From Candidatus Woesearchaeota archaeon (GTDB taxonomy: Archaea > Nanobdellota > Nanobdellia > SCGC-AAA011-G17 > JACPNG01), in NCBI GenBank assembly GCA_016185615.1, contig JACPNE010000003.1, forward strand, positions 6,265-70,264: a DNA stretch of 64,000 nucleotides, written 5' to 3'. The position numbers and the translations under genes are program-made. Below are positions 1 through 8,056 of this stretch, piece after piece (the first letter of the stretch is position 1; each line of letters starts with the position of its first letter). The notes under the pieces are model-generated. The model saw only the letters and a list, made by a program, of their open reading frames with translations, was not told where the DNA came from and searched no databases.

Positions 1-1414
1 TTTGACTAACCTCATTAAAATCTTCTCCTATCATCTCAGAGGTGAATATGTCACACCCAGTATTAGAGCTTTTAAATAGTTTAGAGTCCGAAGGGCAGAT
101 AAAATCATTTATGCATGTTCCTCCGACTCCATTACATGTTTGTGTTTGTTGCTGTGTTTTCCTTGTTTCACAAGATCTTGATTCCAGATTAAAGCTACAT
201 TGTGGGTTTATTTCGCATCTATCTTGTGTTAACCTTGTACAGTCAGTTCTTTGAACGCACCTACTTCCAGATAAAGTGCATACATCAAAGTTTACACAAT
301 TGTTAACAGTTAAATCTTCACAGATAATTTGTTGTAATGACAATAATTTAGAATCTCTTGTTTGTTTATTTCTAATTAATACTTCCTTTGTTTGATTATC
401 TTTTATCCTTATATCCTCTACTATCCAGTTAGATCCTGAATATAAGCTACTTCCTTTAGATACAACACTAACCGAAAATTCATTTTTTGAATTTTGATAT
501 ATAAGGAATTTTGCCTTCTCTCCAACACTTCTTATATCATTGACCCTTATTCTAAACCTATTAAATAAATTGCCAAATCTTGAATATCCTCCGTTTAATA
601 TAACTCCAGATGTCCTGCCTCTTTGGATAGTTATTGCCCTACTGTTCAATAAGTTCATATTATTATCATAAAGAACAAAACTTGCACTATCTCCCTTGAC
701 TTCAGATGCCCTTATAAAACCTCCAAAAAAGCTATGCTGGTCTTTCTCTCCCAACCACTCATGCTCAGTCTGCTCAATCAGAACATCCTCTCTGGGGCCA
801 AATCCTAATCCTTCAGAAACATCAAAGCTGATGACTGCATCCAAACTGATTTTTATTGTTTCTGGGACATCCTCTTCCTTAGGAATTCTTCTTATTGTAG
901 TTTGGATAAATCCCAAATTATCATAAGTTGGATCTGATCTTACTTGCATGGTTGAAAACCCAGCTAATAACCTTGGATTTATATATCTTGAACTAACACT
1001 CACTTTTTTTCCTTCAGGAACTGTAGTTACATTAGCTATTCTTATCCTTACATCCCTTATCCTTGGAACTGTTATAGATGGGTTAGATGGGTATCCCAAT
1101 AATAAAGACCTTACATAAACGTCTTGTTTTTCTAACAAAGAAGCTCTTATCCTATCTGGAACGTTCTGTTCAATATTAATTACAATATCCTCTCCAAGAT
1201 TTCTCTCTTGGGTTGGTCCCAAGACGATAGAATCTCCACCAAGTTCAAATCCCGTTCTTAACCTTGGATCTCCTAATGATAAGGAGCTACTAAATCTTGG
1301 ATCTGTGTATATATTTGTGTTTGTTTGTATATTAGATTGAGCATAAACTTGTATTGTTGAGATATTGCTAAATATTAAAATCGTTATAAAAAATATTGAT
1401 AACCCCTTTTTCAT
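1..1414 (-). CDS. secreted hypothetical protein, 3' end cut by window edge (Sec-type signal peptide, Cys-rich distal region)
   Basis: Absent from the ORF track because no stop lies in the window. Manual translation from ATG at 1414 gives MKKGLSIFFITILIFSNISTIQVYAQS... and stays open to position 2. Its ATG overlaps the stop of the upstream gene (ATGA at 1411-1414). The last ~95 aa in the window contain 12 Cys (..IICEDLTVNNCVNFDVCTLSGSRCVQRTDCTRLTQDRCEINPQC..). Confidence 0.6.
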   Translation of the reverse strand, partial: MKKGLSIFFITILIFSNISTIQVYAQSNIQTNTNIYTDPRFSSSLSLGDPRLRTGFELGGDSIVLGPTQERNLGEDIVINIEQNVPDRIRASLLEKQDVYVRSLLLGYPSNPSITVPRIRDVRIRIANVTTVPEGKKVSVSSRYINPRLLAGFSTMQVRSDPTYDNLGFIQTTIRRIPKEEDVPETIKISLDAVISFDVSEGLGFGPREDVLIEQTEHEWLGEKDQHSFFGGFIRASEVKGDSASFVLYDNNMNLLNSRAITIQRGRTSGVILNGGYSRFGNLFNRFRIRVNDIRSVGEKAKFLIYQNSKNEFSVSVVSKGSSLYSGSNWIVEDIRIKDNQTKEVLIRNKQTRDSKLLSLQQIICEDLTVNNCVNFDVCTLSGSRCVQRTDCTRLTQDRCEINPQCSFNLESRSCETRKTQQQTQTCNGVGGTCINDFICPSDSKLFKSSNTGCDIFTSEMIGEDFNEVSQ

Positions 1415-3381
1415 CTTGAAAACTCTGGTTGTATTACTTGATTAGTGTCAATCTTATTATAAATATTATTTAGTTCATTAACATTTGCTGGAATTCCAAA
1501 GCTGTTAATGAAAAATATAATTTTCTTTGAATTGGACAGATCTTCCCTATTAACACCCCACCCAAAGTTAACTCCACCACTAATAACTTGAGGCAAAGTA
1601 ACTCCATCAACTTGTGTTTTAATGCATTTCTTTTCTGTCAGTCCCATAATTCCGAGTATTCCCTCTCTTGGCTTGTCCAAACATGTTTCAATCTCTTGTC
1701 CAGGAATGAATACTTCTGAATCTAATAATACAAAACCATTAACATTATAATTTCCATCTATAAGTTTTATTGTGTTAATATCTGTAGATGAGATGGTTGT
1801 AACATAATTAGATTGCTCATTTCTAAATGTCAATGTTACCTGCTCATTTTTTGATAAACTTCTTATTACTCCATTTTCATTAATTTTTATCTCGTAATTA
1901 AGCTCATAGATTGGCTCCATTAAAACAGAAATTATTGATTCTTCTGTAGTTGACAATAAAGTTTCACCATTATGATATCCTTCTTTCTCTACAATAAGTT
2001 GTCCATTTGCACATTGTGGGAATTTATCATCTAAGAATATATCTCCCCCAATATTAGTTGTCTCTCCAATATTACATAAAGTAGTTGAACATTTATAAGA
2101 TACTTTAGCTCCATTTAATTCATTTAGATTTCCATCTGGATTTATTCCTAAAGCAAATACTTTTATTCTTGTCAATGGATTTTCACATATAATTGGATTA
2201 GTATCATAATTTTGATCAATTTCAACAGCATTCTCTCTTGGTTGATTATTATCAATTATAACTTGAGTAGCAAACTGGAATGTATAATCCTCTTTTTCTA
2301 AAGTTACTAAAACGGGATATTTTATATCATAAACAAAATTATATTGGTTTAAACAAAAAAATGGTGTTAAAAACCTTCCAATCGATCCTCTGTTAAATGA
2401 TTCCCCCTGTAAAACCTCACCTTCTGGTGTAATGTCTATTAACAATGGCCAATTTTCCGAATACTCAAAATTTATGTTAATCTCTCTTGCTTTATCTAAA
2501 ATGTTTAATACTTGATACTCATTATCTACATCTTCAGAATCTTTAGTGCCTTCAACCCTGAATGAATTTATATTAACATCAAGAATGCTCTTCAGATCGG
2601 TAATAACTTCTTCTTTACTCCATCTTCTAGGACTACATTCAAAATCAACATCGTTATAGGGAATTTCATCGTACACATTTATGAAATCTAAAGTTTTTTC
2701 TTCCAAGAATAAATTTTCATTTTCCTTGTTTATTATTTCCATTGCTGCTTCATATAACTCACCAATCGGAACATCTAAATTTACATTAAAATCCCTTAAT
2801 CTAAAGTTTTTTCCTTCAAAGTCAATTTCTAAAGGATATTCAACATTTACTCTTACTCTCTCATCTAATATATTAACCTGGCTTTCTACGCTTCCTGAAA
2901 CAATATTAAAATTTAGATTTGAAAAATCAACACAATTTTCTAGATTAGCATCTATATAATTTTTCAATTCTTGCTCCATTCTTTGTCTTGGTGGCATTAA
3001 AGAATCAACTACTCCATTTGCCTTCTGATAAAACCAGTAAGCTACATTGATATTAGACCCCGGAAATATCTCCAATTTATTGGATAAAGGGTTTGCTGGA
3101 GTTATAATTGGATCATTAGGCAGGATTATATATCCACCTTGCTGACCCATTATTTCTAATCCTGCTCTTGAAACCTCTTCTATGCATGAGGTTATTATGT
3201 TACTAACCCCCTTTACCTCATTTGGCAAAGCAGTAGACTCAAATAACCCTATTTCACTTAATTCACCAAATATAACATCCCTATAATAATAAGATAGCAA
3301 TAATAGCGAGACAGTTATTAACCCAACTATAACAAAAATGGTTACTTGTGCTTTTTTATCCTCTCTTTTTTTGGATTTCAT
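1411..3381 (-). CDS. large extracellular protein with prepilin-like (class III signal-like) N-terminus
   Basis: 656-aa ORF. N-terminus MKSKKREDKKA-QVTIFVIVGLITVSLLLL is a basic stretch, then A/Q, then ~20 hydrophobic residues. Residues ~55-200 resemble the whole 195-aa protein at 57693-58280. No enzymatic motif recognised. Confidence 0.7.
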   Translation of the reverse strand: MKSKKREDKKAQVTIFVIVGLITVSLLLLSYYYRDVIFGELSEIGLFESTALPNEVKGVSNIITSCIEEVSRAGLEIMGQQGGYIILPNDPIITPANPLSNKLEIFPGSNINVAYWFYQKANGVVDSLMPPRQRMEQELKNYIDANLENCVDFSNLNFNIVSGSVESQVNILDERVRVNVEYPLEIDFEGKNFRLRDFNVNLDVPIGELYEAAMEIINKENENLFLEEKTLDFINVYDEIPYNDVDFECSPRRWSKEEVITDLKSILDVNINSFRVEGTKDSEDVDNEYQVLNILDKAREININFEYSENWPLLIDITPEGEVLQGESFNRGSIGRFLTPFFCLNQYNFVYDIKYPVLVTLEKEDYTFQFATQVIIDNNQPRENAVEIDQNYDTNPIICENPLTRIKVFALGINPDGNLNELNGAKVSYKCSTTLCNIGETTNIGGDIFLDDKFPQCANGQLIVEKEGYHNGETLLSTTEESIISVLMEPIYELNYEIKINENGVIRSLSKNEQVTLTFRNEQSNYVTTISSTDINTIKLIDGNYNVNGFVLLDSEVFIPGQEIETCLDKPREGILGIMGLTEKKCIKTQVDGVTLPQVISGGVNFGWGVNREDLSNSKKIIFFINSFGIPANVNELNNIYNKIDTNQVIQPEFSR

Positions 3382-3503
3382 TTATCCTCTTTAACCCTTT
3401 TTTTAATAAGCTCCATTATCTCTGTATTAATATCATTTTTAATCTTAGATTTAAATTTCTGCCATAAACTCTCATCCTCTATTAGAAGAAGGTATTTTTT
3501 CAT
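3378..3503 (-). CDS. 41-aa ribbon-helix-helix-like small protein (putative transcriptional regulator)
   Basis: Unlisted ORF, translated manually: MKKYLLLIEDESLWQKFKSKIKNDINTEIMELIKKRVKEDK. It shows a beta-strand/helix/helix pattern of CopG/Arc-type RHH. Its TGA overlaps the ATG of the 656-aa gene (ATGA at 3378-3381). Palindromic repeats lie just upstream. Confidence 0.45.
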   Translation of the reverse strand: MKKYLLLIEDESLWQKFKSKIKNDINTEIMELIKKRVKEDK

Positions 3504-3547
3504 TATGATTATATATAAATTAAGATATTTAAAGATTTCTTAGTTAA

Positions 3548-3570
3548 TTACTTAGTAACTTACTTAGTAA
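3548..3570. promoter_or_regulatory. tandem 11-bp palindromes TTACTtAGTAA x2 (12-bp period), candidate operator
   Basis: ttacttagtaa occurs at 3548-3558 and again at 3560-3570. Each is a 5+1+5 inverted repeat. They lie 45-67 nt upstream of the RHH-like ORF start, just distal to AT-rich TATA-like sequence (tttaaatat). Confidence 0.35.
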
Positions 3571-3579
3571 GTATTAATC

Positions 3580-4344
3580 TTATTTATGAAGAACCCTAAT
3601 ATAAGAATATAGTAATAAAGCAAAATTGATGGAATTCATATTAATTTGATAGGCTTTGTCTACTCCTTGTTTTATTTCCAAAACTCCTTCTTTTATCTTT
3701 TCAGAAGTCAATAATAATTCTTGTGGTATTCTCAGTTTTATAACATTAAATTTCGTTTTAGCTAATTCTTCTTCTAATCTAACATGAAATAAAAATCCAT
3801 TATCAATCATATTATATAAATCTTTAATATGGGATGTATGAACTTCATTTATTAAATCATTATAGTTAAAAGAGAAGTCTCTATTCCTTAATATGTGGTT
3901 AAAAAGCTCATTAATCCTATCATTTAATTTTCTTTTGTCTTCGATATTAATTGTATTTGGTAATAAATTTATTATATTGAATAATTCATCAAAAATATCT
4001 TGTTTTCTGTTTAAAAGATTTTTAGAATATTCTATATTATTCTTCAAAGGATTTGGAATTTCCTCGACTAATTTTATTGCCCTAGCAATATTTATCTGTT
4101 CATAAGTCGGATTTTTTTCATTGTATATCTTAATAAGATCTTCTAATAAAATATCAACAGCCCTTAACGAATTTTCCATAAGAGTTAAATTTTCATCTTT
4201 AACATAATATTCTATAAAAGAAGATTCTATACTTTCATTTGTTAATGGAAAATTAATTTTGTCCTTAATATTTCTAATAATTGGAATAACCTCTATATCT
4301 GCAATTTTTGGAGATAATTGACTTAATTTATGTATATAAATCAT
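3580..4344 (-). CDS. hypothetical protein (helical, cytoplasmic)
   Basis: 254-aa ORF with no TM segment or recognised motif. The antisense ORF 3893-4105 is low-complexity. Confidence 0.55.
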   Translation of the reverse strand: MIYIHKLSQLSPKIADIEVIPIIRNIKDKINFPLTNESIESSFIEYYVKDENLTLMENSLRAVDILLEDLIKIYNEKNPTYEQINIARAIKLVEEIPNPLKNNIEYSKNLLNRKQDIFDELFNIINLLPNTINIEDKRKLNDRINELFNHILRNRDFSFNYNDLINEVHTSHIKDLYNMIDNGFLFHVRLEEELAKTKFNVIKLRIPQELLLTSEKIKEGVLEIKQGVDKAYQINMNSINFALLLYSYIRVLHK

Positions 4345-4387
4345 AGGATTATTCTAATATATTAAAACTTAAATATTTTACTAAGTA

Positions 4388-4459
4388 TGGGCCTGGCAGG
4401 ATTCGAACCTGCGACCTTTTCCACGTCAAAGAAATGTCATACCACTAGACCACAAGCCC
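4388..4459 (-). tRNA. tRNA-Val (anticodon GAC)
   Basis: The reverse complement folds as a cloverleaf: acceptor GGGCTTG/CAGGCCC, anticodon stem TTTCT/GGAAA, loop TTGACGT, T-arm GCAGG-TTCGAAT-CCTGC. No encoded CCA. Confidence 0.85.
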
Positions 4460-4498
4460 ATCGCTTATTTTTTGACTATTTAGGTTTTCATATTAAAA

Positions 4499-4592
4499 AG
4501 CCCCAGGGAGGATTTGAACCCCCGACCTACTGCTCTCTTATGAATAATATACTCAGTACAAGGCAATTGCTCTACCACTGAGCTACTGAGGC
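4499..4592 (-). tRNA. tRNA-Thr (anticodon UGU) with 22-nt intron at 37/38 (intron 4535-4556)
   Basis: Reverse complement: acceptor GCCTCAG/CTGGGGC, D-arm GCTC-AGTGGTA-GAGC, anticodon stem ATTGC/GCAGT, loop CTTGTA|intron|A, T-arm GGGGG-TTCAAAT-CCTCC. The intron can form a bulge-helix-bulge (CTTG:TAAG helix flanked by 3-nt bulges TA|C and AG|A). Confidence 0.8.
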
Positions 4593-5132
4593 ATAAAAGA
4601 ATTCTCCTCTTAGATAATTTAAAACATATATTGATTTTATCTTCTCTCTTAATGCCCTTTGTAAAGTATTATGGGCTATCAGATTAATCAAATCATTATA
4701 ATCATACTTCTTCACTTCTTCTGTTAAAAATTCCCTAACACTTTTTCTTATATTTTTTAACACACCTTTATTAGTTTTATATCTTGTTATGATCAATGGT
4801 TTGATGATTACTTTTGTATTATCTTTTGTGTCATATATAAAAGAGTCAACTACTTTATTTGAGCCTTTTCTAATTAGTCTTTTTACATAAGATAAAGTCA
4901 ATTCATATCCAACAACATCAGCAATGACATTATTGTCTTTTATATCTTTTATTTTAAAAACCATCCTAACATTTTGGCTTTTAGGATCATTTGTCAAGCT
5001 CATATAGTTAACATCAAGCTTTCTATTAACAAGATCTTTCTCATCAGAACCTAAAGTTTCACCTATTATAGCATTCTTAAAAGTAGGTGAAACCACGCTA
5101 TACCATTTTTTCTTTGTTTTTCCTACAGCCAT
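4572..5132 (-). CDS. rps3ae: 30S ribosomal protein S3Ae (eS1)
   Basis: 186 aa. MAVGKTKKKWYSVVSPTFKN... and the overall basic profile are typical of S3Ae. The 3' 21 nt of the ORF run into the tRNA-Thr gene. Confidence 0.85.
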   Translation of the reverse strand: MAVGKTKKKWYSVVSPTFKNAIIGETLGSDEKDLVNRKLDVNYMSLTNDPKSQNVRMVFKIKDIKDNNVIADVVGYELTLSYVKRLIRKGSNKVVDSFIYDTKDNTKVIIKPLIITRYKTNKGVLKNIRKSVREFLTEEVKKYDYNDLINLIAHNTLQRALREKIKSIYVLNYLRGEFFYASVAQW

Positions 5133-5166
5133 ATTTCCTCACTATATGAAAAGCTTATAAAAATTT

Positions 5167-6564
5167 CTATTGTAAGATTGTATTAATCTCTGAAATTGCC
5201 TTTATAAATTCTTCCTCCTTGTCTTTTGGGATTGAAGCCCCGCATGCACTCTTATGACCACCACAAGGATAATCTCCGATTTTTAAAACAACATCTTTTA
5301 AGGCACTTCTTAGATCAAAATCACTATTTCCTGACACTCTGGCTGATATTTTTATTTCATCATTTTCTTTATGTGCCATCGCAAATATTACCGTTCCATC
5401 TTCATAAAGCTTAGACTTAGTGATAATTGATGCTAATGTCCCAATCATTGTATCTTTTATATTATCTTTAGCATTTATTATTATTTTACCATTACTCATA
5501 AAGCTGTCTTTGTTTTCATTAAACCAAGTTAACATTTCTACAATTTCTGATTTGTATGAACTCAAAACTTCCATTGATTCTTTTTTAGCTTCTTCATTTT
5601 TCAAACATAAGCTTATTCCTAAAGATGTTTTTCCAAATCTTCCGACAGCATTCAACAAAGTCGCAAATTCTTTTAAATCCTTTAATGGTGTTCCATTCTC
5701 TTCTTCTTTTAAGATGTAATGATTGCCAAATATATCTTCTGGATTTTCTTCATTCAATCTATTAATTATTATCCCAGAAGTTATTTTTTTAATATCCTCT
5801 TCATCCAATTCTATCAATTTCTTAAAATTTCCATTACTCTCCCTTGCATTTATTCCAAGATCATCTAAGAACTTTATTGCTCCTTCACTGCTTCCAGTAA
5901 CATTTGGGATAAAAGGATCAGTACAATATTCAAGAACTTTATTTATTGGTCTAGTTTGCATCCCAAAAAATCTTGGTCCTATATTAACATCTAATATCTC
6001 TTCAGCATCTTTTAGTATCAAAGAGTTCAATCCAATAAATCCATTTTTCTCCTGCATGTCACCCATTGCTCCAGCAAGGGCTAGATGGGCTAAATCTTTA
6101 TTCCCTTCATTTAAACATTTAGCAAATAAATAACATACTCCAGAGCTTGATATCTCCCTATATTCTAAATCAAAGATTGTTGGGTTTACAACTGTTATTT
6201 TTGTTTCAGAACTTTCAAATCTATGATGATCTAAAATGAAAACTGTTTTATTGGTCTTCTTTTCTATATCTTTTATATTTTCACTTCCCAAATCCAAGAA
6301 AAATAAAACATCAAAATCATCTTTTAAAATTTCATCTAAAATATTTTTGTCTAGCTGTTTAACATTCATAACCGAAAATCTGAAATCCTCTCTTTCCAAT
6401 GCTTTTACTATAATAGAAGTTGATGATATTCCATCACAGTCTATATGTCCTATTATTTTTATGAAACTGTTTTTGTTTAGAAGTTTGAACTTATTGGCTG
6501 AATCACTAATAAGGCTAAGAAAATCAGATTTAGTATATCTTTCCTTTTTCATATGTCCAGTCAT
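5167..6564 (-). CDS. DHH/DHHA1 phosphoesterase, archaeal RecJ/Cdc45 (GAN)-like nuclease
   Basis: DHH motifs GHIDCDGISS, FFLDLG, ILDHHR and DHHA1 motif GGHKSACGA. The start may be the internal MKKERY, since the first 35 nt overlap the S15 gene. Confidence 0.8.
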   Translation of the reverse strand: MTGHMKKERYTKSDFLSLISDSANKFKLLNKNSFIKIIGHIDCDGISSTSIIVKALEREDFRFSVMNVKQLDKNILDEILKDDFDVLFFLDLGSENIKDIEKKTNKTVFILDHHRFESSETKITVVNPTIFDLEYREISSSGVCYLFAKCLNEGNKDLAHLALAGAMGDMQEKNGFIGLNSLILKDAEEILDVNIGPRFFGMQTRPINKVLEYCTDPFIPNVTGSSEGAIKFLDDLGINARESNGNFKKLIELDEEDIKKITSGIIINRLNEENPEDIFGNHYILKEEENGTPLKDLKEFATLLNAVGRFGKTSLGISLCLKNEEAKKESMEVLSSYKSEIVEMLTWFNENKDSFMSNGKIIINAKDNIKDTMIGTLASIITKSKLYEDGTVIFAMAHKENDEIKISARVSGNSDFDLRSALKDVVLKIGDYPCGGHKSACGASIPKDKEEEFIKAISEINTILQ

Positions 6565-6973
6565 TTTGTAGTATTCCTTCTCTTTTGTAGTATTTGATTA
6601 GTCTAAGAATTTTACTTGTTGTTAATCTTAATCCTCTTTTGCTAGGCATATCTTTTTTATTAATTTCCATATGTTTCATTATTTGTGATTCTCTTTTTAT
6701 TAATGAATGTAAATCTTCTGGAATTTCTGGATTAAGTTTATTTTCTTCAAGTATTGTTGATATTCTTTTATTTGTTATGCTTTTAACGCTTGGGACCCCA
6801 TACGAGTCTCTTAAGATAACCCCTATCTTGCTAGGAGGATTTCCAGCTTTAGCTAACTTCAATACTAATTGCTCTATCTCTTTTGGAGCATGATCTATCC
6901 AACTAGGTTTAGTTTTCTTAACTGGTTTTTTGCTTCCTGATTTTCCTTTCTTTCCTGAATACATCCTTGCCAT
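6530..6973 (-). CDS. rps15: 30S ribosomal protein S15 (uS15/S13e type)
   Basis: 147 aa. MARMYSGKKGKSGSKKP... with basic N-terminus and C-terminal S15 helical region (..RGLRLTTSKILRLIKYYK..). Confidence 0.9.
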   Translation of the reverse strand: MARMYSGKKGKSGSKKPVKKTKPSWIDHAPKEIEQLVLKLAKAGNPPSKIGVILRDSYGVPSVKSITNKRISTILEENKLNPEIPEDLHSLIKRESQIMKHMEINKKDMPSKRGLRLTTSKILRLIKYYKREGILQNDWTYEKGKIY

Positions 6974-7058
6974 ATTAAATCCACCTAGAACTAATCTAGG
7001 TATAAGTAAGCCTAAACTGACTCATCCTAAAATTTAATCAAAATAACTATTTATAAAT

Positions 7059-7310
7059 CTATTCCTTAAAGACCTCATCATTGGGTCTTACTCTGTCTAC
7101 TACTTTTATTCCTACAGAACTTCCTTTTTTTGCTTCCTTTACTTCTTTATGCTCTACCTGCATAGAATCTACTGTTTGGGTAAAATCAGTTGTGGTTCCT
7201 TTTATATGAATCATCTCTCCAGATTTGAGACTTCCATCTGTTAATTGGATTGCTGCTACACCTATGTTGGCATAATAGCTGAATACTGTTCCAATCTTTT
7301 TTTCTGCCAT
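7059..7310 (-). CDS. small EF-Tu domain-2-like beta-barrel protein (translation-factor-like)
   Basis: 83 aa. IGTVFSYYANIGVAAIQLTDGSLKSGEMIHIKG...SVGIKV resembles stand-alone elongation-factor domain II proteins. Confidence 0.5.
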   Translation of the reverse strand: MAEKKIGTVFSYYANIGVAAIQLTDGSLKSGEMIHIKGTTTDFTQTVDSMQVEHKEVKEAKKGSSVGIKVVDRVRPNDEVFKE

Positions 7311-7355
7311 TTTTGACCATTTATTAGAAGTGTAGACTAATATATAAAAATTTGT

Positions 7356-7428
7356 ATAGCCCTACCTGGATTCGAACCAGGGTCACTAGCTCCAAAGGCT
7401 AGTGTGCTTGACCACTACACCATAGGGC
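7356..7428 (-). tRNA. tRNA-Gln (anticodon UUG)
   Basis: Reverse complement: acceptor AGCCCTA/TAGGGCT, anticodon stem CTAGC/GCTAG, loop CTTTGGA, T-arm CCTGG-TTCGAAT-CCAGG. Confidence 0.85.
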
Positions 7429-7446
7429 TATAAACTAATTACCTCT

Positions 7447-8055
7447 TTATTGTTTATTTAAATGCTTTTTCTTATATCTTCCTCTGGATTCAACTTTTTC
7501 TAATCTATCCAAAACCTCTTTAAAATTCTTTGATTTTTTATATCCCTCAATAATACAATCAAAACATAATTCATGGTCCTTATGGTGTTTTGCTTTTAAC
7601 ACCTCTTTTAATAAATGCAAATCAACGGCTTTGTCCTCTGGTTTTTTAGAAAAAAAACTCAGTCCAAAATCAATGAAATAAACTTTATCTTTCTTTATCA
7701 TATTAGAGGTTGTTAAATCCCCATGGATTATATCATTATTATGCATTTCAGCTATCTTTTCCCCTATAGAGGAGCATAATTTCTTCTTTTCTGTTAAATC
7801 AGATCTGTCAAATAGTTTAGTAAGAATTTCTCCATCAATATACTCTGTCTCTATAGTCATATCTTTATCTGAAAACTTGATTAATTTTGGGGCATTATCT
7901 ACTTTTTCAATGACTTTTGCTTCCCTTCTTGTTCTAAATTTTCTAATTTTATCATCAATTAAATTTATTCTATAATTTTTCTTAATTCTTTTTTTTATTA
8001 TTTTATTTTCATCTAAATATATATTCGCTTCTGCTCCTTGTTTTATTAATATCAT
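7447..8055 (-). CDS. bud32: Bud32/PRPK-type small RIO-like kinase (KEOPS subunit)
   Basis: 202 aa. Catalytic loop HGDLTTSNM and FIDFGLS (DFG) motif. The size and glycine-poor N-lobe are typical of Bud32. Confidence 0.8.
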   Translation of the reverse strand: MILIKQGAEANIYLDENKIIKKRIKKNYRINLIDDKIRKFRTRREAKVIEKVDNAPKLIKFSDKDMTIETEYIDGEILTKLFDRSDLTEKKKLCSSIGEKIAEMHNNDIIHGDLTTSNMIKKDKVYFIDFGLSFFSKKPEDKAVDLHLLKEVLKAKHHKDHELCFDCIIEGYKKSKNFKEVLDRLEKVESRGRYKKKHLNKQ

Positions 8056-8056
8056 T

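Noticed and set aside
42-926. Plus-strand ORFs 42-254 and 696-926
   Set aside because: Both are antisense to a continuous minus-strand reading frame (1-1414). That frame has a signal peptide and is start/stop-coupled to the upstream gene.
3346-3543. 65-aa plus-strand ORF in the 3.4-3.5 kb spacer
   Set aside because: It is antisense to the better-supported 41-aa RHH-like ORF, which is translationally coupled to the downstream gene. The plus-strand product is a low-complexity Ile/Leu/Ser/Phe string.
4387-4581. 64-aa plus-strand ORF from the track
   Set aside because: It is simply the antisense translation of two tRNA genes (tRNA-Val and tRNA-Thr).
5226-6571. Series of plus-strand ORFs (62-136 aa) antisense to the RecJ-like gene
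   Set aside because: They are low-complexity, Ser/Leu/Phe/Ile-rich translations typical of the antisense strand of AT-rich genes. The minus-strand ORF has full DHH/DHHA1 motifs.
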